From Candidatus Zhuqueibacterota bacterium (lineage in GTDB: Bacteria; Zhuqueibacterota; Zhuqueibacteria; Residuimicrobiales; Krinioviventaceae), in NCBI GenBank assembly GCA_016934825.1, contig JAFGSB010000067.1, positions 7,280-71,279 on the forward strand: a stretch of 64,000 bases of DNA, written 5' to 3'. A program made the position numbers and the translations under genes. The notes under the pieces were generated by a model. The model was not told the DNA's origin, searched no databases, and worked only from the letters and a program-made list of their open reading frames with translations. Shown piece after piece: positions 20,970 to 31,142 of this stretch; position 1 is the first letter of the stretch; the number at the start of each line of letters is the position of its first letter.

Positions 20970-21818
20970 ATGAGTATGATATATAGCATAAAAGAAGCTT
21001 TTTCAGGATTAAGCCGGGCCAAAGTCTCATTCTTTATTTCCGTTTTTACGATCTCGTTTCTATTGTTCCTGATTGGACTGTTTGGAATTTTTACTTTAAA
21101 TGTCAATCAGTTAATCAAGGTGCTGCATGCCAAAGTCGATATTCAAATTTTTGTTTCCAACGTTCTGGACGATACGGAAATAGCAAAGCTGGGAAGTATC
21201 ATTTCAGGAATGGAACAGGTTGAAAAAGTCGACTTTATTTCAAAAGACGCCGCCGCACAGCAATTTCAGCAAGAATTTGGCAGCGAATTGTTTTTAATGC
21301 TGGAAGAAAATCCGTTGCCGTCTTCGTTTACCATAAAACTTACCGAAAAGTACCGGACAGAGGAGGGAATAAAATCGGTTGCTCAAAAACTTGAGGGAAT
21401 CGATGGAATAGATGAAGTCCAATATCATAGCGAGGCACTGGGTTTATTAACCCGGTTTTCAAAAATTGCATATATCATTACCACCATTTTACTGCTTTTG
21501 GTCGTTTCCGGTTCGCTGTTTGTAATATCCAATACAATCAGGCTCATCGTCATCGCGCGAAAAGACATTATTTATACAATGCGACTTGTCGGAGCAACAA
21601 AACGTTTTATTAGCCAGCCTTTTCTTATTGAGGGAATGATTCAGGGCTTGTTGGGAGGGATTTTTGCTTTTTTATTTTCATATTTAATTGTTAAAATAGT
21701 TAATTTTAAGTGGCCGGGAATAATATTTATTAACCCGGATTATTTATATATTTTAATTATTGCCGGTCTTTTGTTTGGCTATATAAGCAGTAAATTTGCC
21801 ATAAAACGATATTTATAA
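20970..21818 (+). CDS. ftsX: Cell division permease FtsX
   Basis: 282 aa with four TM helices and an FtsX-like extracellular domain. Adjacent to ftsE. Confidence 0.8.
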   Translation: MSMIYSIKEAFSGLSRAKVSFFISVFTISFLLFLIGLFGIFTLNVNQLIKVLHAKVDIQIFVSNVLDDTEIAKLGSIISGMEQVEKVDFISKDAAAQQFQQEFGSELFLMLEENPLPSSFTIKLTEKYRTEEGIKSVAQKLEGIDGIDEVQYHSEALGLLTRFSKIAYIITTILLLLVVSGSLFVISNTIRLIVIARKDIIYTMRLVGATKRFISQPFLIEGMIQGLLGGIFAFLFSYLIVKIVNFKWPGIIFINPDYLYILIIAGLLFGYISSKFAIKRYL

Positions 21819-21867
21819 TATTTGTTTTTTAAAGAGTTGCATGCCAATTTCCTGCCCGAAATAGTAC

Positions 21868-21896
21868 TTGACAAGGCACTCAAAAATCGTTATTTT
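21868..21896 (+). promoter_or_regulatory. Putative sigma70-type promoter of hrcA (TTGACA-17-TATTTT)
   Basis: TTGACA at 21868..21873, a 17-nt spacer, TATTTT at 21891..21896. Lies ~40 nt upstream of the hrcA start. No canonical CIRCE found. Confidence 0.3.
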
Positions 21897-21932
21897 TATG
21901 CTATCTTTTTTTTATGATTTAGATAAATAATT

Positions 21933-22967
21933 ATGCAAATAGAAGATTTATCAGAAAGAGAACGACAAGTATTTTTGTCAATTGTACATGGTTTTATCAG
22001 AACCGCGGAACCGGTAGGATCGCGCTATCTGGCAAAAAATTATAATTTAAATATCAGTCCGGCGACCATCAGAAATGTTATGATGGACTTGGAAGAAAAA
22101 GGTCTCATTTCTCAGCCACATACTTCTGCTGGCCGTGTGCCGACAACATCCGGTTACCGTCAGTACGTTAATGATTTAATGTCCGTACAGGACCTGGACG
22201 AAGTGGAAAAAATATCCATTATCTCACAATTGGAAATTTTTTCCAAAGATGTTAATTTAATTATTCAAAAAGCAACTGAAGTTCTGAGCAAAATATCCAG
22301 TCAGTTGGGCGTTGTTTTAACACCCCGATTTAACCAGGGGAAGTTAAAAAAAATTGATTTGGTAACATTGTCAGATAGTAAGCTGCTTGTCATATTAAAT
22401 GTAAAATCCGGTCTGGTTAAAACCGTTATTGTCGAGATAGATAAAAGCGTTCCGGCAAACCTGATTGATACAACGAGCCAATTAATTAATGAGCGTTTGC
22501 ATGATCTTTCATTGGAAGAATTACAGGATTCCATAGACACACGATTTAATGATGTTGACAGAGATATTCGTGTATTAATAGATGCCATCAGGAAAAAATC
22601 CGAATTGTTAAAATTTGATTATGAAGGTGATTTTCATTTTGCCGGCGCCCGGAATGTCATTTCCCAGCCGGAATTCGAGAACCGTGAAAAAATTGGTAAA
22701 ATCCTGGAATTGCTGGATCGCAAAGACATACTTATAAAGATTCTTGATGGTCATGAATCTGAGGGTGTTTCAATCGTTATCGGCGATGAAAACCAGGAAG
22801 ATTTGATGAAGAATTGCAGTTTAATTACAACATCATATAATTTTGATAATGCCAAAGGAACGCTTGGAATAATTGGCCCAACACGTATGCAGTACTCAAA
22901 AATAATCGCCCTGGTAGAATTTATGGCGGAAACCCTAAGTTATTTGATCATGAAGAATAATAATTGA
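21933..22967 (+). CDS. hrcA: Heat-inducible transcription repressor HrcA
   Basis: N-terminal wHTH (VGSRYLAKNYNLNISPATIRNVMMDLEEKGLISQPHTSAGRVPT), typical of HrcA. Confidence 0.9.
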   Translation: MQIEDLSERERQVFLSIVHGFIRTAEPVGSRYLAKNYNLNISPATIRNVMMDLEEKGLISQPHTSAGRVPTTSGYRQYVNDLMSVQDLDEVEKISIISQLEIFSKDVNLIIQKATEVLSKISSQLGVVLTPRFNQGKLKKIDLVTLSDSKLLVILNVKSGLVKTVIVEIDKSVPANLIDTTSQLINERLHDLSLEELQDSIDTRFNDVDRDIRVLIDAIRKKSELLKFDYEGDFHFAGARNVISQPEFENREKIGKILELLDRKDILIKILDGHESEGVSIVIGDENQEDLMKNCSLITTSYNFDNAKGTLGIIGPTRMQYSKIIALVEFMAETLSYLIMKNNN

Positions 22968-22991
22968 TTTACAGAGCCTGGAAGTAGTAAA

Positions 22992-23516
22992 GTGAATAAT
23001 CGAAAAACTGAAATAGAAACGGAACAGACAACACAAAAAGACAAACCTGCTAAACGTAGAAATTATAAAAAGGAATTAGAGGCCGCAGTAAAGGAAAATA
23101 AAGAACTAAAAGAACAAATTTTGAGAATTGCTGCGGAATTTGATAATTATCGAAAACGTACCGAACGAGAAAAGACAAATCTTGTTGATTATGCCAATGT
23201 CGAGTTATTAACCAGCCTGTTACCGGTTTTGGATGATTTTTCCCGGTCAATGGAAACCAACATTGAAAAGGGAGATAAGGAGACGCTTGTTGAAGGGATA
23301 AAACTGGTATATAAAAGTTTTTTAAAAATTCTCCAGAATCAGGGATTGAAACCCATGGAAAGTGAAGGGCAAAAGTTCAATCCTGAAATACATGATGCGC
23401 TGTTACAAATTGAAGTGGATGGAAAAGAGACCGATACTATAATAGAGGAACACGTAAAAGGATATTTGTTTAAAGATCGGGTAATCAGACACGCAAAAGT
23501 CGTTGTCGCAAAATAG
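22992..23516 (+). CDS. grpE: Nucleotide exchange factor GrpE (GTG start)
   Basis: GrpE coiled-coil plus C-terminal beta-domain (AAEFDNYRKRTEREK...). Follows hrcA. Confidence 0.9.
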   Translation: MNNRKTEIETEQTTQKDKPAKRRNYKKELEAAVKENKELKEQILRIAAEFDNYRKRTEREKTNLVDYANVELLTSLLPVLDDFSRSMETNIEKGDKETLVEGIKLVYKSFLKILQNQGLKPMESEGQKFNPEIHDALLQIEVDGKETDTIIEEHVKGYLFKDRVIRHAKVVVAK

Positions 23517-23545
23517 TAAAGACAATAAGATAAAGATAAATATAA

Positions 23546-24673
23546 ATGAGTAATACAGATTATTATGAATTATTGGGGGTAAACCGGGATTCCGATACCA
23601 ATGAGATTAAAAAGGCGTATCGAAAATTGGCGATGCAATACCATCCCGATAAAAATCCCGGAGATAAAAAAGCGGAAGAGCGGTTTAAGGAAATAAGCGA
23701 GGCTTATGCCGTACTTTCCGACCCGCAGAAACGGCGTCAATATGACCAATTTGGCAAAGCGGGTATGAGAGGCGCGGGCGGATATGGCGGTTTTGAAGGC
23801 GGCTTTGTTGATCCTTTTGATATTTTTAGAGAAGTGTTTGGCGGCGGTTTTGGAGATATTTTTGGCATGGGCGGCAGTTCCCGTCGTCGATCTGTTTCCA
23901 AAAAGGGCGCGGATTTACAAATCCGTTTAAAAATGACGCTTGAAGAAGTATATACCGGCGTAAAGAAAAAAATAAAAATCAAAAAATATGTTACCTGTGA
24001 AACCTGCAAAGGGAGCGGCGCCAGTCCGGGAACATCTTTTGTTACCTGTCATAGTTGTCAGGGCAGGGGCGAAGTGGCATATCGACAAGGATTTTTCACG
24101 GTTACCCAAACCTGTCAAACTTGTTCCGGAGATGGAAAAATAGTTGAAAAGCCCTGTTCTACATGCAATGGAGTGGGCCGTATTCGCGGGGAATCGACAA
24201 TTGATGTGGAAATTCCCGCAGGTGTTGCGGAAGGTCAATATTTAACTTTACGAAACGCCGGAAATGTCGGCCCGAATAGTGGACCCAGCGGAGATGTTAT
24301 CGTTGTTATCGAAGAAAGCCCGCATGAATATTTTGAACGGCATGGCGACGATATTGTATTTAATTTGCAGCTTGGTTTTACACAGGTAGCATTAGGTGAA
24401 GAAATTGAAGTGCCCACATTAAACGGTAAAGCGCGTATTCATATTGCCGCCGGAACTCAAAGCGGTAAAATCCTCCGGATGAGAGGAAAAGGTCTGCCTC
24501 ATTTGAATTCCTATGGTTCGGGAGATCAGTTAATCCGTGTTTTTGTTTGGACTCCGACAAAGTTAAACGCTAAAAGTAAGGAATTATTAAAACAACTGAC
24601 CAATCATGAAGAGATGTTCCCTCAAAAAGATGATAAAAGTTTTTTTGAAAGAATGAAAGAAGCCATACTGTAA
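23546..24673 (+). CDS. dnaJ: Chaperone DnaJ
   Basis: J domain with HPD (MQYHPDKN), a G/F-rich region, four CxxCxGxG zinc-finger repeats, and a C-terminal substrate-binding domain. Confidence 0.95.
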   Translation: MSNTDYYELLGVNRDSDTNEIKKAYRKLAMQYHPDKNPGDKKAEERFKEISEAYAVLSDPQKRRQYDQFGKAGMRGAGGYGGFEGGFVDPFDIFREVFGGGFGDIFGMGGSSRRRSVSKKGADLQIRLKMTLEEVYTGVKKKIKIKKYVTCETCKGSGASPGTSFVTCHSCQGRGEVAYRQGFFTVTQTCQTCSGDGKIVEKPCSTCNGVGRIRGESTIDVEIPAGVAEGQYLTLRNAGNVGPNSGPSGDVIVVIEESPHEYFERHGDDIVFNLQLGFTQVALGEEIEVPTLNGKARIHIAAGTQSGKILRMRGKGLPHLNSYGSGDQLIRVFVWTPTKLNAKSKELLKQLTNHEEMFPQKDDKSFFERMKEAIL

Positions 24674-24675
24674 TA

Positions 24676-25119
24676 ATGATCGGATTTACAAAACAGGAAA
24701 AACGATACGTTATTGTGTTAATTGTTTCGTTTTTATCAGGCTTGTGTTTTGATTATTATAATAAAAAAAAAGTTATTGCCGGAAACACATGGAAAGATAA
24801 ACAAATTTTAGAGATTAACACGCTGGCAGATGTCACTTCGAGCAAACCAAATAAGGAAACAATATCAACAGAGATTCGTCATTTAACAGATAAAAAAACC
24901 GATTTGACAAAGAAATCCCTTGTTGAAAAAATTAACATAAATAAAGCAACAATTGAAGAATTACAATTACTACCGCAAATAGGTCCTGTCCTGGCGCAAA
25001 ATATTATAGAATACCGCAACAGGAACGGGTCTTTTAAAACAAAAGAAGAAATACAAAAAGTAAAAAAAATAGGACAAAAAACGTATAACAAAATTGAAAA
25101 GAGTATAACTGTCAAGTAA
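24676..25119 (+). CDS. comEA: ComEA-like helix-hairpin-helix DNA-binding protein
   Basis: N-terminal TM anchor. C-terminal HhH motif (INKATIEELQLLPQIGPVLAQNIIEYRNRNGSFKTKEEIQKVKKIG). Confidence 0.75.
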   Translation: MIGFTKQEKRYVIVLIVSFLSGLCFDYYNKKKVIAGNTWKDKQILEINTLADVTSSKPNKETISTEIRHLTDKKTDLTKKSLVEKININKATIEELQLLPQIGPVLAQNIIEYRNRNGSFKTKEEIQKVKKIGQKTYNKIEKSITVK

Positions 25120-25160
25120 ATAGTTATTGTTTATGCTCGAAAATTATTTGAGGAGGTAAA

Positions 25161-25844
25161 ATGGCAAAGGGTGTCAAGTCCAAGGGTTCAATTATTTACA
25201 AATTATTAATTGTATTATTAGGAGCCGCATTACTTTTCACGATCTTATATCCCAAGTATATCTGGGATCAGGAAGATAAAAATACGAAACGGTGTCAGTC
25301 AAATATGGTGCATATATTATATGCCGAATTAACGTATTTGACAGAAAATAACGCATATAACGACACATTATCAGTCGTATCAGATTTTATAAAATCTGAC
25401 ACGACAGGAACCCGATTAAGAAGTTATATGACCGCAGACTCTGCTCTTGCATTGGACATTTATAATTATTTCAAATTAAGCAACGATAGCCTCGCATCCC
25501 AAATCATCGATTCTTTACTGGCGTACGGCAAAAAATATGATCTTGACACAACAGCCGCGCTGGTCATTGATTCATTAAAAACAATTGACCAATATGCTGA
25601 AAAAATCGACTCTATTGCACTGGCCTCGTTGGATAATTTTTATACTTGTCCGACAACAGGGGAAGATTATATAGTAGAAGTGAATAATGATTCCGCGATT
25701 AAAGTCATTAATATAACTTGTCCGATTGATTCATTGGATATTGCTGAAATTAAGAATGATTTTAAACTCAACGTATTGGGCGGTTTAAAATTGAAAAATC
25801 ATGGCAATATTGACAATGGTGATAAAAGCTGGATAAACAGATAA
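25161..25844 (+). CDS. Membrane-anchored hypothetical protein, weakly pilin-like N-terminus
   Basis: Single N-terminal hydrophobic helix (IIYKLLIVLLGAALLFTIL) after a short basic region. GGAGG RBS. No canonical prepilin G/FTLIE motif. Confidence 0.55.
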   Translation: MAKGVKSKGSIIYKLLIVLLGAALLFTILYPKYIWDQEDKNTKRCQSNMVHILYAELTYLTENNAYNDTLSVVSDFIKSDTTGTRLRSYMTADSALALDIYNYFKLSNDSLASQIIDSLLAYGKKYDLDTTAALVIDSLKTIDQYAEKIDSIALASLDNFYTCPTTGEDYIVEVNNDSAIKVINITCPIDSLDIAEIKNDFKLNVLGGLKLKNHGNIDNGDKSWINR

Positions 25845-25873
25845 AATTATTACTCTAACGATTAAAAAATAAT

Positions 25874-26818
25874 ATGATGACGAATGGGGAAATGTCGCGG
25901 TTGGGTGTATACTTTTACGGCAACATGTTACGAATCGTTGAGGCCCAAAGCGAAAAGGATGCGTTAAAGATTGTACGAATTGCAGAAACTAAAACGGAAA
26001 ATCCGTTCGATTTTAATATATTAGAAGATCAAACGGTTTATCCGGAGTTTGTTTCTGCAATTAACAATCTTGTTGAAAAAAAAGGTATTATGCCCGGTAA
26101 TGCAAATTTGGCATTAGACCATCGAATGGTAATTGAACAAGTCGTCTCGTTTGATAGTGATTTGAATGATTCGATTTTACAGGAACATTTAGAATGGGAA
26201 ATGAACCAGTTTCTTATATCTCCGCGGGATGATTATAATATTGATTTTGAGCAAATTACCAGTCTTAAATCCGGCCTGGACCGGTATTTAGTGGTTGCTG
26301 TTCGAAAAAAGTTGATAAAGTTTTTAACCGACATATTTAATAAATCCATATTAAATTTGACAAAAATCGATTTAGATAAATTAGCAGCAGTTCGGGCTCT
26401 TGATATAACGCAACCTCAAAACAGTGTTGTCGCACTGGTAGACTGCGAAGAAAAAAATTATGATATTACCCTTGTTTATAACGGCAAATTTTTGTTGTCC
26501 GACGCTGTTATCTATTCCGATAATGATCTCCATTCTGAAGATATGAATCATGTTGCTCTGGATCTCAGTCAATTGCTTGACAGATTGGTTGGGCAGATAA
26601 AAGATTCAATACATGTTGATAACTTTCGTACGGTTTATTTTTTTGGAGATAAATTTAACCGAAAATTATTAAACGATTTTGAAAAACTGAGTAATTCCTA
26701 TCAGGCCGTATATTTGAATCCGTTTCAGGATGTACAACTGGAGCTTGATTTGGATTCACAAAATTTGGTTCAGGAATATTCTGAAAGATTTTTATACTGT
26801 TTGGGTATGGTTGTATAA
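25874..26818 (+). CDS. PilM-like (actin-fold) pilus assembly protein, degenerate N-terminus
   Basis: The central pattern ALDHRMVIEQVVSF...EHLEWEMNQFLISPRDDYNIDFEQI matches the PilM/FtsA-fold signature (E..V.WEAEQYIP...DF..L). The usual N-terminal IGIDIGSSS phosphate loop is replaced by LGVYFYGNM. Confidence 0.5.
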   Translation: MMTNGEMSRLGVYFYGNMLRIVEAQSEKDALKIVRIAETKTENPFDFNILEDQTVYPEFVSAINNLVEKKGIMPGNANLALDHRMVIEQVVSFDSDLNDSILQEHLEWEMNQFLISPRDDYNIDFEQITSLKSGLDRYLVVAVRKKLIKFLTDIFNKSILNLTKIDLDKLAAVRALDITQPQNSVVALVDCEEKNYDITLVYNGKFLLSDAVIYSDNDLHSEDMNHVALDLSQLLDRLVGQIKDSIHVDNFRTVYFFGDKFNRKLLNDFEKLSNSYQAVYLNPFQDVQLELDLDSQNLVQEYSERFLYCLGMVV

Positions 26819-26883
26819 TTGATATTAAGGATAAAGCCTGTTAAAGAATAAAATGTTTTGAAGGCAAACCAAGAGAGTCTTTT

Positions 26884-27813
26884 ATGAATTTAATATTTGA
26901 TAAAAGAGAAAAAGAAAATGATCATGTTGATAAGGATCATTTACACAATACTGTACCCACAGAAAAAAAAGATGAGCCTTTTATAGAGGATAATCTCATC
27001 AAACCGAAAAGAATCAAGAAAAAAGGCCTGCCAGCCGGGTTTTTTTATTTTATTATAGTTCCGTTGATTGTGATGAGTTTGGTTGTATTGTATATGTTTT
27101 ATTTTAAAAAGGATATGGTATTAAAATACAAAAATCAAATTTTATCACCAAAAAGCGGCATTGTGGATACTACCGGTCAACAACCTACAATTTCCGGACG
27201 GGACATTGAGCAGCCTTCCGATACGACCAAAATCGTTTCACCGGTTGCGGTCCAGGACGCTCCCGAAAATGTGACAACCCGGATTATCGGGGTCTTGGTA
27301 AACAATTTGACGCCGGAGTTAAAACTCTCGACCTTATATTTGGACGAAAACACTTTTTCGGCGCAAATGAGAACGAATTCACAGGGGGATCTGGAAAATC
27401 TGTATTCACAGTTTAACAGTTTACCGGATAATATAAAAATTGATTCGACACCGACAATAACCAATTCTCAGGCTTTAATTTCGGGAACGTTTAGTATTCC
27501 GCAAAGATCGGCATCCGAAACACCGGTCAAATCATTTAATCGAGGGACGTTTGAAAGCGAGTTGTCGGAACTTTTATTAAAAAATAATACCCGAAAAGTA
27601 GAATTTTCCTTAGGTCCAAATCAAAGCTGGAACAATAAAACACGTGCTTTGGCTTTTATTAAGATTGAGGGAAGCATTTCAAGCTGTCAGCAATTTGTAA
27701 ATGATTTTTTGTCAAGTGGATGGGACCTGACGGTTTCAAAAATAATATTAATGCCCTCTAATGAACAGAGCGCCATAATGGTATTGCGTGTTTTTATTCA
27801 CAATCCGGTATGA
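26884..27813 (+). CDS. Membrane-anchored hypothetical protein (possible PilN/PilO-like partner)
   Basis: One TM helix (FFYFIIVPLIVMSLVVLYMF) followed by a periplasmic domain. Lies downstream of the PilM-like gene. Confidence 0.5.
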   Translation: MNLIFDKREKENDHVDKDHLHNTVPTEKKDEPFIEDNLIKPKRIKKKGLPAGFFYFIIVPLIVMSLVVLYMFYFKKDMVLKYKNQILSPKSGIVDTTGQQPTISGRDIEQPSDTTKIVSPVAVQDAPENVTTRIIGVLVNNLTPELKLSTLYLDENTFSAQMRTNSQGDLENLYSQFNSLPDNIKIDSTPTITNSQALISGTFSIPQRSASETPVKSFNRGTFESELSELLLKNNTRKVEFSLGPNQSWNNKTRALAFIKIEGSISSCQQFVNDFLSSGWDLTVSKIILMPSNEQSAIMVLRVFIHNPV

Positions 27814-27914
27814 TTTTACAAGTTAAAAACTAAATAATTTTGTTTCTAAAGCCTGCGCCCCTTTACACCAAAAAATAATTGTTGGATGTTTAGGGGCTTT
27901 CATATAGTAAAATA

Positions 27915-28466
27915 ATGCGTGTAATTACAGGTCGATACAAGGGTCACCGATTATTTGCTCCGACAGGAAAAAATATAAGACCCACAACCGATCGCACAAA
28001 AGAGTTCCTGTTTTCATATCTTGGAGACAGGATAAAGAATGCATATTTTTTAGATCTTTTCGCGGGAACCGGCGGAGTCGGAATTGAGGCTTTAAGCCGG
28101 AATGCCGCGCAGGTTATTTTTGTTGATAGTTCATACAGGGCGTGTGAATTCATAAGAAAAAATTTAGATAAAGTAGGAGAGAGGTCGCCGGTATATTTTA
28201 AAAGTGAAAAAGTGTTTTTATTACAGGCAATAAAACAACAATTACAGTTTGATTTTATATTTTGTGATCCCCCGTATAGTTACCGGTATTTTTACGATTT
28301 ACTACAATCCGTCAGGCAGGGCAGTTTATTAAAAGAAAATGGATCGGTCATATACGAATCGGGTGCAAAAGAGAAAACGATACTACATGAGGCATTTAAA
28401 ATAATTAAAGAAAAAATTTTAGGTGATACAAAAATAACAATTTATCAATTAAATGAAACAGAATAA
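27915..28466 (+). CDS. rsmD: 16S rRNA (guanine966-N2)-methyltransferase RsmD
   Basis: Motifs DLFAGTGGVGIEALSRNA and FCDPPY. Confidence 0.85.
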   Translation: MRVITGRYKGHRLFAPTGKNIRPTTDRTKEFLFSYLGDRIKNAYFLDLFAGTGGVGIEALSRNAAQVIFVDSSYRACEFIRKNLDKVGERSPVYFKSEKVFLLQAIKQQLQFDFIFCDPPYSYRYFYDLLQSVRQGSLLKENGSVIYESGAKEKTILHEAFKIIKEKILGDTKITIYQLNETE

Positions 28467-28950
28467 TAAAAAAATTGCTATTTATCCCGGATCATTTGAT
28501 CCGATAACCAACGGCCATATTGATATCATCAAGCGGGCCAGTTTACTTTTTGATCATGTTATAGTTGCCGTGGCGAATAATGAACAAAAACGACCTTTGT
28601 TTTCCGAGAATGAAAGAGTTGAAATGATTACGGAATCAATCAGGGAAATTCCTCATACCACGGTTGATAGTTTTAAAGGTCTTTTGGTTGATTATGCGAG
28701 ACAAAATAACGCCATCGCCGTCATCCGCGGGCTGCGCGCCGTATCGGATTTTGAATATGAATTACAAATGGCCCTTGTTAACCGAAAACTTGATGAACAA
28801 TTGATCACCGTATTTTTAATGCCCCATGAAAGTTACAGCTATTTGAACTCAAGTATTGTGAAAGAGTTGGCGTTATTGAATGGTAATATAGATTGTTTTG
28901 TCCCGGAATATGTTAAAACCAGATTAAAAAACAAGATGAGGAAGAAATGA
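28453..28950 (+). CDS. coaD: Phosphopantetheine adenylyltransferase CoaD
   Basis: AIYPGSFDPITNGHIDII (H/TxGH motif). 165 aa. Confidence 0.95.
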   Translation: MKQNNKKIAIYPGSFDPITNGHIDIIKRASLLFDHVIVAVANNEQKRPLFSENERVEMITESIREIPHTTVDSFKGLLVDYARQNNAIAVIRGLRAVSDFEYELQMALVNRKLDEQLITVFLMPHESYSYLNSSIVKELALLNGNIDCFVPEYVKTRLKNKMRKK

Positions 28951-29933
28951 ATGTTTTAGAGCAGATCAGAGAACGTGCGCAAAAAAATTTAAAAAAAATT
29001 GTTTTTCCGGAAGCTGAAGATGTCAGGGTATTAAAAGCAGTTGAAATATGTCATACAAACAAATATGTGATACCGATACTGGTGGGGCAGCAGCAGAAAA
29101 TAATCGCAGCGGCAGCGGAAGCCAATATTAATATTTCGGATATAAGTATTGTCGATCCTTCCACAAATGGGGATAAAGAAGATTTTATACAGGGATATTA
29201 CAATTTAAGAAAAAATAAAGGTGTGGATATTGATACAGCCGCCAAGATAATGGCCGATCCTTTGTTTTACGCGGCTATGATGGTGCATAAAGGAAAAGCG
29301 GAAGCGAGTGTCGCCGGGGCTGTTGCCACAACAAGTAACGTATTGCGCGCCGCCATTCAGATTATCGGTGTGGCCAAAGATTATTCAATTGTATCCAGTT
29401 CTTTTTTAATGGTGCTTCCTGACGGCAGGGCTTTCACTTATGGCGATTGCGGAGTGGTTCCGGACCCGGATGCCGCGCAACTGGCCGATATTGCCATTGC
29501 AACAGCCGAAACGCATAAATTATTGACCTGCCAGGAACCGGTGGTCGCGCTTTTGTCTTTTTCGACCAAAGGGAGCGCGCAGCACAAGGATATCGATAAA
29601 GTGCGGGAAGCGGTAGTCATTGCGCAAAAGAAAAGGCCGGATATTTTGCTGGACGGAGAATTACAGGGAGATGCCGCGCTGGTGGAGGCGGTTGGCCGTA
29701 AAAAGGCGCCGGGCAGTAAAGTTGCCGGTCACGCGAATGTTTTGATTTTCCCGGATCTTGGTGCCGGCAATATTGCCTATAAGTTGACCGAAAGACTGGC
29801 ACATGCCGTTGCCCTGGGCCCACTTTTGCAGGGCCTGGCAAAACCGGCAAACGATCTTTCGCGTGGTTGCAAGGCAGAAGATATTGTTGATGTTGCCTGC
29901 ATTTGTAGTTTGAGATCAAAAATGAATCAATAA
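28947..29933 (+). CDS. pta: Phosphate acetyltransferase (phosphotransacetylase), short form
   Basis: 328 aa. Phosphate acetyl/butyryl transferase domain (..DPDAAQLADIAIATAE.. ..LIFPDLGAGNIAYKL..). Confidence 0.8.
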   Translation: MNVLEQIRERAQKNLKKIVFPEAEDVRVLKAVEICHTNKYVIPILVGQQQKIIAAAAEANINISDISIVDPSTNGDKEDFIQGYYNLRKNKGVDIDTAAKIMADPLFYAAMMVHKGKAEASVAGAVATTSNVLRAAIQIIGVAKDYSIVSSSFLMVLPDGRAFTYGDCGVVPDPDAAQLADIAIATAETHKLLTCQEPVVALLSFSTKGSAQHKDIDKVREAVVIAQKKRPDILLDGELQGDAALVEAVGRKKAPGSKVAGHANVLIFPDLGAGNIAYKLTERLAHAVALGPLLQGLAKPANDLSRGCKAEDIVDVACICSLRSKMNQ

Positions 29934-29945
29934 AAGGAGTATAAT

Positions 29946-31127
29946 ATGCCTCATATTTCAAAAAGATTGTCGCAGATCAGCGAATCGCAAACTGTTGCTT
30001 TAAACAGCCTGATGGCAAGAATGCGTCGTGAAGGAAAAGATGTTGTCGCTCTTGGCGCCGGAGAACCCGATTTTGATACCCCTGATCATATAAAAGAAGC
30101 GGCGATATCTTCCATAAAAGAGGGCTTTACAAAATATACACCCGCTGACGGAATTATGGAATTACGGGAAGCAATTTGCGCCTGGTTAACAAAGCAATAT
30201 GAGGCGGATTACTCTGCAAATGAAATCGTTGTTACGTGCGGTGCAAAGCACGCCGTGTATGAAGGAATATTGGCAGTCGTCGACCCGGGAGATGAAGTAT
30301 TATTGCCGGCGCCGTATTGGGTAAGTTATCCCGAACAGATAAAAATGGCGGGGGCAGTTGTTAAAGTCATTGATTCGAAACAGGAAAACGGTTTAAAAAT
30401 TACGGCGGAGGAACTTGAAGCGGCGATAACCGATAAAACCAGACTGTTGATTTTAAATTCACCCAGTAATCCATCCGGCGCGGTTTATGAAAAAGAGGAA
30501 TTGGATGCGCTTGTCCGTGTTATCAAAAAATCTGGAATCTTTGTGTTGTCCGATGAAATATATGACACGATAATTTATGACGGGCGCAAGTATACCAGTC
30601 TGATTGGCTATAAAGAGATCCGCGACCAGTTACTGCTCGTGAACGGTGTTTCCAAAAGTTTCGCCATGACCGGTTGGCGTATCGGTTATCTGGCGGCGCA
30701 TAAGGACATTGTTACGGCCGTAAAGAAATATCAGGGCCACAGCACTTCAAATCCGACCTCTATCTCTCAAAAAGCCTCTTTGGCCGGGTTGTTGGGCGAC
30801 ACCGATTTTTTAAAAACAATGAATAAAGCTTTTACCGAACGGCGTGATTATGTCCATAAACGCCTGAATTCAATGAAAGGTGTTTCCTGTATCTTACCGC
30901 AGGGCGCGTTTTACGCTTTTCCGGATCTTTCTTTTTACTTCGGGAAAAAAGGAATAAAAGGGTCCATGGAGCTGTGCGGATATTTACTGGAAAAATACAA
31001 CGTGGCAATTGTACCCGGAATCGCGTTCGGCATGGATAATAACGCCAGGTTGTCTTTTGCCACATCAATGCAGGTGCTGGAGAATGCGCTTGACCGGATA
31101 GAAAATGGTTTGACATCTCTTTTATGA
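29946..31127 (+). CDS. PLP-dependent class I aminotransferase (aspartate aminotransferase-like)
   Basis: PLP-lysine motif region (VNGVSKSFAMTGWRIGYL). ~390 aa, AspC-family length. Confidence 0.85.
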   Translation: MPHISKRLSQISESQTVALNSLMARMRREGKDVVALGAGEPDFDTPDHIKEAAISSIKEGFTKYTPADGIMELREAICAWLTKQYEADYSANEIVVTCGAKHAVYEGILAVVDPGDEVLLPAPYWVSYPEQIKMAGAVVKVIDSKQENGLKITAEELEAAITDKTRLLILNSPSNPSGAVYEKEELDALVRVIKKSGIFVLSDEIYDTIIYDGRKYTSLIGYKEIRDQLLLVNGVSKSFAMTGWRIGYLAAHKDIVTAVKKYQGHSTSNPTSISQKASLAGLLGDTDFLKTMNKAFTERRDYVHKRLNSMKGVSCILPQGAFYAFPDLSFYFGKKGIKGSMELCGYLLEKYNVAIVPGIAFGMDNNARLSFATSMQVLENALDRIENGLTSLL

Positions 31128-31142
31128 GACAGGAGTTAATGA

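Noticed and set aside
21819-21932. Search for a CIRCE operator upstream of hrcA
   Set aside because: Only a GGCACTC half-site-like fragment is present. No TTAGCACTC-N9-GAGTGCTAA inverted repeat could be found by eye.
27814-27914. Possible long-range inverted repeat AAAGCC..CCCCT / AGGGGCTTT between 26884..27813 and rsmD as a terminator
   Set aside because: The stem is imperfect with a ~35-nt loop and no following T-run. Too weak to call.
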